In this document: positions 1 through 11,861 of the stretch, piece by piece
How the letters are laid out: each line of letters opens with the position of its first letter
How positions within the stretch are numbered: position 1 is the first letter of the stretch
Assembly: GCA_951406725.2 (NCBI GenBank)
Contig: OX597814.1
Span: 224,130,001-224,194,000 of the forward strand
DNA length: 64,000 nt
Reading direction: 5' to 3'
DNA from: Octopus vulgaris
Taxonomy: Eukaryota
Translations under genes and position numbers: made by a program
The notes under the pieces: model-generated
Databases searched by the model: none
Seen by the model: only the letters and a program-made list of their open reading frames with translations
Told to the model about the DNA's origin: nothing

Positions 1-580
1 ATGTTATAAATAAATAGGTACCGTAGTGAAGTACGTTTCACACCGTATGGGGGTGGAGACACATGTAACTGTTAACGGTGATTCGTAAAATTAAAGTACT
101 GAATTCGATGCTGCTTTTGGGCAAATCTTGTGTCAATGATTAATTAGCGTGTGTATTACATTACAAGATCCGGCTATGTTACAGAGTATTATGTTAACGA
201 TATTACTTTAGGGATCATTAGACAGGCTTATATTACAATGCAAACAGCACCTTACCATGGTAAAGAACGTAGGTCAAGAAATTCTAGGAGTCAAAGTTAG
301 TTAACCCGAGTGCAGGCATGGCCGTGTGGTTAAGCGGTTCGCTTCGCAATCACATGCTTTCGGTTTCGATTCATATGCGCATATCTAAAACATGTGTCTT
401 CTTTAATAACCTTGAGTAACTCCAAACCTTTTCAGTGAAACTAGATGATATAAGTCTGTAGGACTATACATATTCTTGATCGGTAGATTCACTCCATTGC
501 CCAGTTTTTATACATTTACCAAGTTCTATTAAATTTTTAAAAAATTTAAGTTACCTTCTCGAGTTATACCAACTCTTATA

Positions 581-790
581 CCGGCTTCCCGGTTTGATGC
601 GGTATGTATTCCTCACCTGGACAGGACGCCGGTCCATCTCAGGATTACTCATTTTTGCCAGATGAGTGGACTGGGGCAACTTGAAGTGAAGTGGTTTGCT
701 CAAGAGCACAATGCGTCGCTCGGTCCAGGAATCGAAACAATCTTACGATCAAGAGTCTAACACACTAACCCCTAATCCACGCACCTCCCC
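581..790 (-). mobile_element. Old tRNA-derived SINE (Nin/Deu-like central domain)
   Basis: Minus strand reads A-box-like TGGATTAGGGGTTAG, B-box-like GTTTCGATTCC, then TGTGCTCTTGAGCAAACCACTT...CCAGTCCACTCATCTGGCAAAAATGAGT. It is homologous to 18860-19022 and 38715-38960. Confidence 0.6.
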
Positions 791-1395
791 AACAAAGTCC
801 ACTCGGCTGAAAACATTACCAGCAGGTCTCTGCTTCGATCTTGATCTATTACTTCTTAGCAAAGTACTATTGAATTACGGACAAATCCAGATCAACATCA
901 CTCCCCGATAAACCTCGTAACAAAACAAGACAATGTAACGCATAGCAAATCCATGCCTTGCTCTTACCAGCAACACAAGACAAATACAGCTTGCCATCAT
1001 CACACTCAACAACATCAACATATCTCGGACATATTTGGATATGCGTGAGGTACAGTTTGTTAGCGCAACATGCTTTCGCCCAACAGTCTCTATGAGTACA
1101 TGGAAAATCACCTCCAAAGAGACACATACTACGCGAGACAAAAGCAGAAAGCACACATGTACTATGATAACCGCAGCATCAATAGTCCCAGGAGCCCCGA
1201 ACATTGTGATGGGATGCACGCCACATAGAATAAAAGCGGAACAGCAACTATTTTGCTTTGACTAAGTCCACTTCGCCCGCTTCCGCAGCGATCACAACCA
1301 AAACCTGTAGACGTACAGAAATAGACTAGACAGGAGTGAATACAATATGTTCAGACTATCTCGGATTGCAACCCACACAACTCATTGCTGTATGT
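791..1395 (+). pseudogene. Highly decayed non-LTR retrotransposon C-terminal fragment (I/Nimb-like?)
   Basis: Translation near 1260-1340 gives 'HFARFRSDHNQNL*TYRNRLD', resembling the RLRSGH...YRHRLD motif. Many stops. Confidence 0.3.
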
Positions 1396-1689
1396 TTTTG
1401 GTGTACGGCGGGGTAGTATGGTCTTCTGGTAAGTTGAAATATTATATAACATAATGCAAACGTGTAGCTTTTTTGTGCATTTTGTTTGCAGAAAATAAAG
1501 GAATAACAGTAATAACGGTAATAAATTATGCTTACTGCAAGTTATGGATAATTCTTTTATGACTTCATTGCTTTCAGGCTTAGCTTAAGATATTTTCGCG
1601 CCCGACATCACAAAATGCGTCTGAATAAACATTGTGGACAGCAAATAGAGACTCGGACATTGCTTAGAAAATAATTTTCATTTTTAATC

Positions 1690-1768
1690 TCGTATATAGT
1701 ACGCACTAGGGATTTTGACCTTTAAATTTTGGGGAAAAATGCGGATTATACTCAAGGATTTACGGTAT
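1690..1768. mobile_element. Terminal region of a Tc1/mariner-pogo-type DNA transposon/MITE
   Basis: Ends AAAATGCGGATTATACTCAAGGATTTACGG-TA, a typical TA-CCGTA-type TIR. The partner end was not found. Confidence 0.4.
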
Positions 1769-2530
1769 ACATGCATGCATTCATCCATCTTTTTTTTCAG
1801 ATAAATTCAAAACTATTTTGCCCTTAATTATTATAAGTTTAAAAGCTTTATATTTATTTAGATTTATATATTATATAAATAAATTTTATAAACAAATATT
1901 TTTTTATGTCTAAATTTCTTTTCTTTTCTTATTTCATAAACTTTTATAATTTTCCCCAGTCTACCTTATTAACGTTGCAAACTTCATGTGAGCTCATCTT
2001 GCGGATATCCAGATTAAGAATGCCAGATGTTGTGACTTCACCGTATTATATTTTATTTCAGGGTTCTCTTCTTTATTTTCTTTTTTTATTTAGGAAAATT
2101 GGTTGTCTCAGCGGGGTGAGGTCATTCCTTAGAAGAGCATTAATCGAAACGTTTTAATCTGTTTTGCAAATGTTGTTTTTTGTCAGCGTAAAGGCTTTCT
2201 CTGCAATGAGATATTAGCATTGGCACCATGTCTGGGCGTCGTTTATTTCCTGTGCAATCTTAAACATAATACGGGCTCATCTTTCTCGTGAATGTTTATT
2301 TATTATTTTTTCCTCTCTCGCTACATTTGTAACCTATTCTTTTAAAATAATCCAGTGTAACATTTCCTTTCGACAGAAGCGTAGTTTTTAACCAAAGAGA
2401 ATGTTTATAAATTTTAAACTTCTTTTAGAAACTACATTTTCTATTTTGGCAGCGTTACATACATTCATACATACATTCATGTATATACATATGTTAATGT
2501 TTATTTTTATGTCAAGTTATATGTAAGAAA

Positions 2531-3200
2531 CGGATCTTTTCGGTTTGGTTGCCAATTTTCGAAAATTCTAAGTTTATTGAAAATTTTTATATTTGGTACA
2601 TTAATGTAGTTTTCCAAGCTAAATTTCAGGAAGTATTTCACTTTTTCTAGAAAATTTTAATAAAAGTTATAGGCGTAGGAGTGGCTGTGTGGTAAGTAGC
2701 TTGCTTACCAACCACATAGTTCCGGGTTCAGTCCCACTGCGTGGCACTTTGGGCAAGTGTTTTCTACTATGGCCTCGGGCTGACCAAAGCCTTGTGAGTG
2801 GATTTGGTCGACGGAAACTGAAAGAAGCCCGTCGTATATATGCATATATATATATGTATGTGTGTGTATAAGTTTGTGTGGCTATGTTTGTCCCCCCCAA
2901 CATCGCTTGACAACCGATGCTGGTGTGTTTACGTCCCCGTAACTTAGCGGTTCGGCTAAAGAGGCCAATAGAGTAAGTACTTGGCTTACAAAGAATAAGT
3001 CCTGGGGTCGATTTACTCGATCGACTAAATGCAGTGCTCCAGCATGGCCACTGTAAAATGACTGAAACAAGTCAAAGAGTAAAAGAGGTTTAGATTTTAA
3101 TAGTTTTCACCCAGTCAGAAAACAGGATTTGGAAGTTGTCATTTTGTGTGTGACGTGTTTTTATGTGAAATTGTAAATAAATCAACTTCTGTTTTACGCA
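2531..3200 (+). mobile_element. MITE fragment (same family as 25756-26462), interrupted by a SINE
   Basis: Begins GGATCTTTTCGGTTTG. After the SINE it resumes GAGGTTTAGA...CCCAGTCAGAAAACAGGATTTGGAAG, matching 25890-25965. Confidence 0.55.
2672..3087 (+). mobile_element. tRNA-derived SINE family 1 (CORE-like head, internal (TA)n(TG)n, LINE-derived tail)
   Basis: A-box TGGCTGTGTGG, B-box GGTTCAGTCCC, CORE-like TTGGGCAAGT, internal microsatellite, tail CAGCATGGCC..GACTGAAACAAGT. At least 7 copies in the window. Confidence 0.85.
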
Positions 3201-3557
3201 CCGTCATAACATCAAACTCAAGGATTCCTCAATAGTTTTTGGCACTGTACATGTTTATGCTAAACTTTTAGAAGAAGAGGGGTGACAGTGAGTTCGAAGT
3301 TTCAACTGCTGCCGCACAAGGCTAACAGACCAAAATTTCGAAGTCACTTTCATCATCTCTTTCATCATTTGACAGTCTATTCTGTGGTTCGCTCTTGGCT
3401 GGGGCTGTTCACGATTGTCGTAAACAGCAAAGCTAGGGCGAAACTGAGTCAACCATCAACCGTTGAATAGTTGATATATTTATCCACTCTACCTAACGTG
3501 TTTAGTTCAACATCAAATAATGTACGATGTTAAAAAAGCATTGACGTAACTCTTTAC

Positions 3558-4102
3558 CAGTACCAGGCAGTGGCTCTCATGGCTGCTGATCTTAACTGAT
3601 TGGAAGTGTTATCATGTACATTGTTTTGTCTTGGTATAAAAGATGGGCTACAGCAAATATTCTGCTCAATACCACAGATTTGCTTGTCACTTTTTTGACC
3701 TTAACCAGTTGAGCATGTCCCTTAGTGGCTGACGATATGTGCATCTCTGATCACGAGCAGAAGTAGTGGGGGAGCATCATAGCCATGTGTTGAGAGGGAT
3801 TCTTTGGGGTTTGAATAATTCACCTCTGGAAACATGGGTGTTTCGTTCAACGTCCTTAAACAACCCTTATTCAGGGACTTTTTGTGCGGGATGGGTTACT
3901 CGATCTGAAGAAAATTCTAACTGGGCTCCACCTGCAAGGTCATGTGCTGTTTATCTTGATATGAGATCATCATGTCGCGCACATATGGTTGTGATGCATG
4001 TGCCTGGTGTGCCCTTATCAGACGGGTAGTCATGATGGGTATACTGGGCTTCGTATATTTTACCCCAGTGTCACTTTGATGGCATGCTCTGCTCGCTCAC
4101 TC
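3558..4102 (+). mobile_element. Non-coding ~555-bp retroelement 'X', slightly 5'-truncated copy
   Basis: Near-identical to 5142-5695. Ends CTCGCTCACTC followed by (AAT)n. Confidence 0.85.
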
Positions 4103-4127
4103 AATAATAATAATAATAATAATAATG

Positions 4128-5100
4128 ACTGTATCCAAGCAGAGGAAAGCAGCTTAGGGTGGTATGTAAATAATGCCGTGTAGCCATTGTTGAAACATAC
4201 AAAACGGTCGGCGTCATCAAAACTGAAAACTGTGTAATGAAAGAAAAGAAATGAATATCAAAAGTAAAAACATGGGAAGAAAATATACGGTCAGTTTGCA
4301 AGAGATGTGAATGCGAAGACAGATACAGAGGACCGGTGGCTATGGATGAGGAGGAGTGACCTGAAGATAGAGATAAAAGAACTTATATGCGCAGCTCAAG
4401 AACAAGCTTTAAGGATCATCTATGTGAAGTGCAGAACAGACAACACTACCGACAGCCTCAAATGCAGAATGTGTGGTGAGAGAGGTGAAACCGTATGGCA
4501 CATCTTTAGCGAATGCCCCAAATTGGCACAACGCGAATACAAAAGACGTCATTGGGATCTCTGTGGAAATCACGGCCCACAAAGAGCAAAGATGTGGTAT
4601 GAGAAAATCCCAGAAGGAGTCATCGAGAATGAGAATTGCAAAATCCTGTAGGATGCAATAATCCAGTGCGATCACCTGATCAAACATCAGAAACCGGATA
4701 GAGTTGTAGTGAATAAAAAAAGAAAGAACATGCATGATAATCGACATAGCATACCTCGGTGACAACAGTGTCAATGTGAAAGAAGAGAAAAAATAAACAA
4801 CTATGACGATTTGAAGTGGGAAATACGAAGGTTGTGGTCAATGAAGAGAGCAGACGTGATACCAATAGTAATTGGTGCAGTTGGAAGTATCAGCACTCAG
4901 CTACCAACATGGCTAAAAAAAGATTGGTGCAAGTGTGACGGTAGAACACCTATATAAATCAGCATTGTTAGGAGTTGCAAGAATTCTTCGCAGGGTTTTT
5001 GAAGTATGACTAGTAAACAAGTGTGACCTTAGTCTGCTGGCTGTGGACAGCTGACACTTTCCATCATACCCAGGAAAATAAGCTGTGAGTTTTAATCAAA
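4128..5100 (+). pseudogene. R4/Dong-clade non-LTR retrotransposon 3' fragment (CCHC zinc knuckle + restriction-like endonuclease)
   Basis: 'ICAAQEQALR', 'CRMCGERGETVWHIFSEC', 'YKRRH', 'KPD', 'PIVIGAVG'. Frameshifted and flanked by (AAT)n/(AAC)n. Confidence 0.85.
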
Positions 5101-5141
5101 TAACAACAACAACAATAATAATAATAATAATAATAATAATA

Positions 5142-5695
5142 GCCCTGATGCAGTACCAGGCAGTGGCTCTCATGGCTGCTGATCTTAACTGATTGGAAGT
5201 GTTATCATGTACATGGTTTTGTCTTGGTATAAAAGATGGGCTACAGCAAATATTCTGCTCAATACCACAGATTTGCTTGTCAGTTGTATGACCTTAACCA
5301 GTTGAGCATGTCCCTTAGTGGCTGACGATACGTGCATCTCTGATCACGAGCAGAAGTAGTGGGGGAGCATCATAGCCATGTGTTGAGAGGGATTCTTTGG
5401 GGTTTGAATAATTCACCTCTGGAAACATGGGTGGTTCTTTCAACATCCTTAAACAACCCTTATTCAGGGACCGCTTGAGCGGGATGTGCTACTCAACCTG
5501 AAGAAAATTCTAACTGGGCCCCACCTGCAAGGTCATGTGCTGTTTATCTTGATATGAGATCACCATGTCGCGCACATATGGTTATGATGCATGTGCCTGG
5601 TGTGCCCTTATCAGACGGGTAGTCATGATGGGTATACTGGGCTTCGTATATTCTACCCCAGTGCCACTTTGATGGCATGCTCTGCTCGCTCACTC
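5142..5695 (+). mobile_element. Non-coding retroelement 'X', full-length copy
   Basis: GCCCTGATGCAGTACC...CTCGCTCACTC embedded in (AAT)n on both sides. Same 5' and 3' ends as 10308-10863. Confidence 0.9.
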
Positions 5696-5765
<70 letters not shown>

Positions 5766-5767
<2 letters not shown>

Positions 5768-6164
5768 CCTTGCTACTAAAGGCACAAGGCCTGTAACTTG
5801 GTGAAAGGGGATAAGTCGATTACATCGTCCCCGAGTACTCGATTGGTACTTATTTTATCGACCTCGAAAAGATGAAAGGCCAAGTCGACCTTGGCGGAAT
5901 TTGAAATCAGAACGGAGCAGCGGGCAAAATACCTATTTCTATTTCTTTACTACCCACAAGGGGCTAAACACAGATAGGACAAACAAGGACAGGCAAAGGC
6001 ATTAAGTCGATAACATCGACCCCAGAGCGTAACTGGTACTTATTTAATCGACCCCGAAAGAATGAAAGGCAAAGTCAACCTCGGCAGAATTTGAACTCAG
6101 AACGTAGCGGCGGGCGAAATACCGCTAAGGATTTCGTCCTGCGTGCTAACGTTTCTGCCAGCTC
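5766..6164 (-). mobile_element. tRNA-derived SINE family 2 (Meta-like domain), dimeric
   Basis: Minus strand GAGCTGGCAGAAACGTTAGC...GAGTTCAAATTC...GACTTTGCCTTTCATTCTTTCGGGGTCGAT; the body is repeated twice. Confidence 0.8.
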
Positions 6165-6165
6165 A

Positions 6166-6224
<59 letters not shown>

Positions 6225-6394
6225 ACACACACACACACACAAATTCCCTTCGTTTCTGCATCTCTGGAGAAACAAATAACACTGAAATCCAATATTGTTT
6301 TAGGCCTCGCACATTATAGCTTGGAGAGTCTTATGCGGCTGGCGAGTCACAGTTTGGTGACCGTCGATCTAGAAGCTTCACCGCCTCTCATCTT

Positions 6395-6456
<62 letters not shown>

Positions 6457-6963
6457 ATCTTTCTCCCTCCCTTCCTCTCTGCCAGTAATATGGGTGTTTC
6501 CTCAGAACGATTGAGAGCACACTTTTCGTTGAATACAGCTTCAGACTAATGATGCCGGAATATAGGGTATCGGATAATTGTGACAAAGCTCAAATATCTT
6601 TATTGGGTCAACAAGAATACAATTATGGTGACTGGCAGACATATAAAACATCAACTTGATATGACATTGAGTCACTCGAGTTGGTTGGAGAAGGAAACCA
6701 GACAAGGTTAAGACATTTAGAAACAAAAAAGAAAAAAAAAAAAAGAGAGAAAATCGCATATATATGTATATATATATAAATACGAAATAAAATTCAAGGT
6801 TTGATATGTGTTATTCTCTTTCATGTAGTGATCCTCATCTGCCAGCCATCATAATTGCAGTCGCGTTGAAAAGATCCATTAAAAGCCACTTCACCATTGC
6901 TGTAATCATCCGATATTCAACTCTCTGTCTGCTATTTTGAATGAGGGAAAAGGGAAAAGATAG

Positions 6964-6999
<36 letters not shown>

Positions 7000-7279
7000 A
7001 TTTATACTTACACACACGCACACACATACACATTTTTATGCACACACAGAGAGAAAGAGAGCGATGTATATAGATATACATATAACGTACACACACGCTG
7101 ATGTACAAATATATATATATATATATATATATGCATATAGCCCCACCTACATAGGTACACACACAGATACATACATGCATAAATTATATACAAGTATATA
7201 TATATATATGTGTGTGTGTGTGCGTGTGTGTGTGTATGAATGTATAAATACATATATATAATGTATATATATATATATA

Positions 7280-7509
7280 TTTCTTTACTACCAACAAGGG
7301 GCTAAACACAGAAGGGACAAACAAGGACAGACACACGGATTAAGTCGATTATATCGACCCCAGTGTGTAACTGGTACTTAATTTATCGACCCCGAAAGGA
7401 TGAAAGGCAAAGTCGACCTCGGCGGAATTTGAACTCAGAACGTAACTGCAGATGAAATATGGCTACGCATTTCGCCCGGCGTGCTAACGTTTCTGCCAGC
7501 TCGCCGCCA
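7280..7509 (-). mobile_element. SINE family 2 copy
   Basis: GGCGGCGAGCTGGCAGAAACGTTAGC head, GAGTTCAAATTCC B-box and Meta-like domain on the minus strand. Confidence 0.85.
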
Positions 7510-7527
7510 TATATATGTATATATGTG

Positions 7528-7575
<48 letters not shown>

Positions 7576-7614
7576 CATACATACATACATACATACATAC
7601 ACACATACATATGT

Positions 7615-7668
<54 letters not shown>

Positions 7669-8324
7669 TAGCAAGAGTGTGTGAATGAGTGTCAATGAAT
7701 ATCCGCGAGCGAGAGTGAAGTAATGAATCAAATTATGTGGGTGGGAGAGAGAGGGAAGAAAAGAACGAGACAGACAGAGAGAGAGAGAGAGAGAGAGAGA
7801 ATATATACGTATGTGTATACGTGGTTGAATATGTGTTAGCTTATGTTTGTTTGTAAGTACGTGTTTTGTGTAAGCACGACGGGTAAAAGTGAAAGTTGAC
7901 TGGGCGTGAATAAAATTTCAGGACCAACTGACTAAATAAATATAGGAGTGAAGGAACAAGTGTGAGTGAGTGAGTGAGTGAGTGAGTGGAGGGAGGAAGG
8001 GAGGGAGTAGATAATGAGGGATGTATAAGGACACGACAATAATATGTTTAGTAATATCTATATGAAATGAGTGCGTCTCTTTGCTCCAAGTCATCAAAGG
8101 CGAAGATGAGTCACTTTTGGTATGTCACATAAATTTTTGTAAGAAGGGTCGTTGAAACAAACATCGTAGGAGTGGCTGTGTGGTAAGTAGCTTGCTAACC
8201 AGCCACATGGTTCCGGGTTCAGTCCCACTGCATGGCACCTTGGGCAAGTGTCTTCTGCTATAGCCCCGGGCCAACCAATGCCTTGTGAGTGGATTTGGTA
8301 GACGGAAACTGAAAGAAGCCTGTC

Positions 8325-8362
<38 letters not shown>

Positions 8363-8365
<3 letters not shown>

Positions 8366-8628
8366 GGTCCCGGGTTGATTCGGGGTTAACCACAGTAAAT
8401 AAGGTACTCAATACATAGCAGAGTAAAATTAATTTATTATATAGAAGGAGCTTCTACAGGACTAGAACTGTTTCATTCAAGAGAAATCTTCAGGAGCTTC
8501 CTGAAGATTTCTCTTGAATGAAACAGTTCTAGTCCTGTAGAAGCTCCTTCTATATAATAAATTAATTTTACTCTGCTATGTATTGAGTACCTTATTTACT
8601 GCGGTTAACCCCGAATCAACCCGGGACC

Positions 8629-8631
<3 letters not shown>
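8363..8631. mobile_element. Palindromic element A1 (133-bp arms, 3-nt loop) in (TA)n
   Basis: GTAGGTCCCGGG...CCCGGGACCTAC. Arms 8363-8495 and 8499-8631 differ by one mismatch that I could see. Confidence 0.9.
8492..8548 (+). ncRNA. Type I hammerhead ribozyme motif (family A)
   Basis: Stem I AGGAGCTTC/GAAGCTCCT; core CTGAAGA 8501-8507; stem II tTTC-tctt-GAAt; GAA; stem III ACAG/CTGT. Predicted cleavage after GUA at 8539. Confidence 0.8.
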
Positions 8632-8701
<70 letters not shown>

Positions 8702-8923
8702 TTCTGTGTCTGTGTTTGTCCCCCTAGCATTGCTTGGCAACCGATGCTGGTGTGTTTACGTCCCCGTAACTTAGCGGTTCGGCAAAAGAGACCGATAGAA
8801 TAAGTACCTGGCTTACAAAGAATAAGTCCCGGGGTCGATTTGCTCGACTAAAGGCGGTGCTCCAGCATGGCCGCAGTCAAATGACTGAAACAAGTAAAAG
8901 AGTAAAGAGTAAAGTGTATGCAT

Positions 8924-8967
<44 letters not shown>

Positions 8968-9089
8968 GCACACACACACGCACCCGCGCGCACATACTCG
9001 CGCGAGCATATATATATTTACCCACCCACAAACATCAGACGTATATTTATGTATGGAAGCGCTCTTGTGCGCGCGCGCGTTGTATGTAT

Positions 9090-9304
9090 ACTCTTTTACT
9101 TGTTTCAGTCGTATGACTGTGGCCATGCAGGAGCACCACCTTTAGTCGAGCAACAAATCGACCCCAGGACTTATTCTTTGTAAGCCTAGTTCTTATTCTA
9201 TCGGTCTCTTTAACCGAACCGCAAAGTTACGGGACATAAACACACTAGCATCGGTTGTCAAGCGATGTTGGGTCGGGGAGAAACACAGACACACAAGCAT
9301 ATAC

Positions 9305-9378
<74 letters not shown>

Positions 9379-9431
9379 GTATATATATGTATGTATGTAC
9401 ATATATATATATGTATGTATGTATATATATG

Positions 9432-9464
<33 letters not shown>

Positions 9465-9643
9465 GTATATATATATATACGACGGGCTTCTTTCAGTTTC
9501 TGTCTACCAAATCCACTCACAAGGCTTTGGTCGGCCCGAACCTATTGTAGAAGACATTTGCCCAAGGCGCCACGCAGAGGGACTGAACCCAGAACTATGT
9601 GGTTCGTAATCAAGCTACTTACTACACAGCCACTCCTACGCCT
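9090..9643 (-). mobile_element. SINE family 1 copy
   Basis: Reverse complement of 2672-3087 with an expanded internal microsatellite. Confidence 0.85.
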
Positions 9644-9750
9644 ATGTATGTATGCATGTATGTATGTATGTATATATATAATGTATATATATATACATCT
9701 GTTATATGTGAGGTCATAGGAAACCCAATGCTAGCTTTAAGTTGCAAGCC

Positions 9751-9828
<78 letters not shown>

Positions 9829-10241
9829 TAATAATAATATTAATAATGATAATAATAATAATGGTAATAGTGATGGTGTTGATGATGATGATGATGATAT
9901 AAAAACAAAAGTAAAAAATAAATCAAAACCAGTCAGAAAATTAATACTTTCACTTAGGAAGTAGAAAACAGAATATTAAATAGAAATGGTTTTTATTTGT
10001 CATCGGCTATCATCGTCATAATCGCTGCCGTCTTCGTCATCATTATCCTCATCCTAGTCGTCCGTTATCGTCGTCGTCGTTGTAATTAGCTGCCACCACT
10101 CTCCTTGTCCTCATCGTTGTCATCATCAGGGTCACTGTTATCGTTATTGCCATCATCGTCGCTATCACTATGATCATCACGACCATCATCATGGTCATCA
10201 TCATCATCATCATCATCACCATCATCATCATCATCCCACGG

Positions 10242-10279
<38 letters not shown>

Positions 10280-10307
10280 TATTATTATTATTATTATTAT
10301 CATTATT
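9751..10307. repeat. (AAT)n/(GAT)n/(ATC)n/(ATT)n trinucleotide arrays
   Basis: Direct reading. Confidence 0.9.
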
Positions 10308-10863
10308 GAGTGAGAGAGCAGAGCATGCCATCAAAGTGGCACTGGGGTAGAATATACGAAGCCCAGTATACCCATCATGACTACCCGTATGATAAGGGTA
10401 CACCAGGCACATGCATCACAACCATCACATGCGCGATTTGGTGATCTCATATCAAGATAAACAGCACATGACCTTGCAGGTGGGGCCCAGTTAGAATTTT
10501 CTTCAGGTTGAGTAGCCCATCCCGCTCAAAAGGTCCCTGAATAAGGGTTATTTAAGGATGTTGAAAGAACCACCCATGTTTCCAGAGGTGAATTATTCAA
10601 ACCCCAAAGCATCCCTCTCAACACATGGCTATGATTGCTCCCCCACTACTTCTGCTCATGATCAGAGATGCACGTATCGTCAGCCACTAAGGGACATGCT
10701 CAACTGGCTATGGTCAAACAACTGACAAACAAATCTGTGGTATTGAGCAGAATATTTGCTGTAGCCCATCTTTTATACCAAGACAAAACCATGTACATGA
10801 TAACACTTCCAATCAGTTAAGATCAGAGGCCACGAGAGCCACTGCCTGGTACTGCATCAGGGC
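10308..10863 (-). mobile_element. Non-coding retroelement 'X', full-length copy
   Basis: Reverse complement of 5142-5695. The 3' end abuts (AAT)n on its own strand and the 5' end abuts (GAT)n. Confidence 0.9.
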
Positions 10864-10865
10864 AT

Positions 10866-10923
<58 letters not shown>

Positions 10924-10933
10924 GCATCATCAG

Positions 10934-10973
<40 letters not shown>

Positions 10974-11801
10974 GTTGTCATTATCAATAAGCTGATCTTT
11001 ATGCTCATAATTGTTATCGTCATCATCATCACCATCATCACAAGTAGCAGTACCGTTACCATCACCATCATCACAAGTAGCAGTACCGTTACCATCACCA
11101 GCCATCGTCATCACCATTGTCATCATCCTCGCCATCCTCCTCCTCCTCCTTCTCCTCCACCTCCACTTCTTCTTCCTCCTCTATCTATTCCTCATGATTT
11201 CCCCTCCGTCTTTTCTTCATTTTCCTTATGATCATCACCATTGCCATTGACATCAGCCGCCGGTGGACTTAGCATCTCTAAATGTTGCCCTCCTCTCATA
11301 GTTGTTTGCTGTTGAACGATATCGTCCCTCTCTAACTTCACTCCTCTTCTGCCTCCTCCCACAATTCTGCCTTCTTCAGCCTTCTTCCTCACACATAGTT
11401 GTCTCCACCACCAGTTACGCCTCCATGTTCACAAGTATATATTCTTACATTATTACAAAGTATGTACTGTAAAACACTTTAGATGCATATACGATAGACG
11501 TCGTATATGTATTTGTGACATCATATATGTAGAGACGTCATACAGACGTCATATGTGTACGTGATGATAGACATCGTACATGTATTCGTTACGAGATCCT
11601 TTCAACAAATAACTTACTTTACCAATTAAACATTCGTTACTCCTGTAGTTTTTTTTTAGCCCATGTCAACTTGGTTGGCTACAACTATGACCAAAGGCTT
11701 TCCTTCCATAACCATCTGTCCATCTTTCGGCCATTTCGTACTATTTCGGACTATATTGACGAGGAATTTACCTGCTGTTGAACGACAGCAGTACACACAC
11801 A

Positions 11802-11861
<60 letters not shown>

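Larger units (their letters stand above)
8166..8912 (+). mobile_element. SINE family 1 copy carrying palindrome A1 in its internal (TA)n
   Basis: Head 8166-8326 and tail 8710-8912 are colinear with 2672-3087. Confidence 0.85.

Noticed and set aside
5142-5480. Possible HDV-like or hammerhead ribozyme at the 5' end of element X (GCCCTGA...TCAGGGA; CTGATG)
   Set aside because: I could not build P1.1/P3/L3, nor find a matching GAAA-stem III-UH.
6835-9964. Many 60-150 aa ORFs rich in YI/HT/CV/N repeats (also throughout the window)
   Set aside because: They are translations of (TA)n, (CA)n, (TACA)n and (AAT)n microsatellites, not genes.
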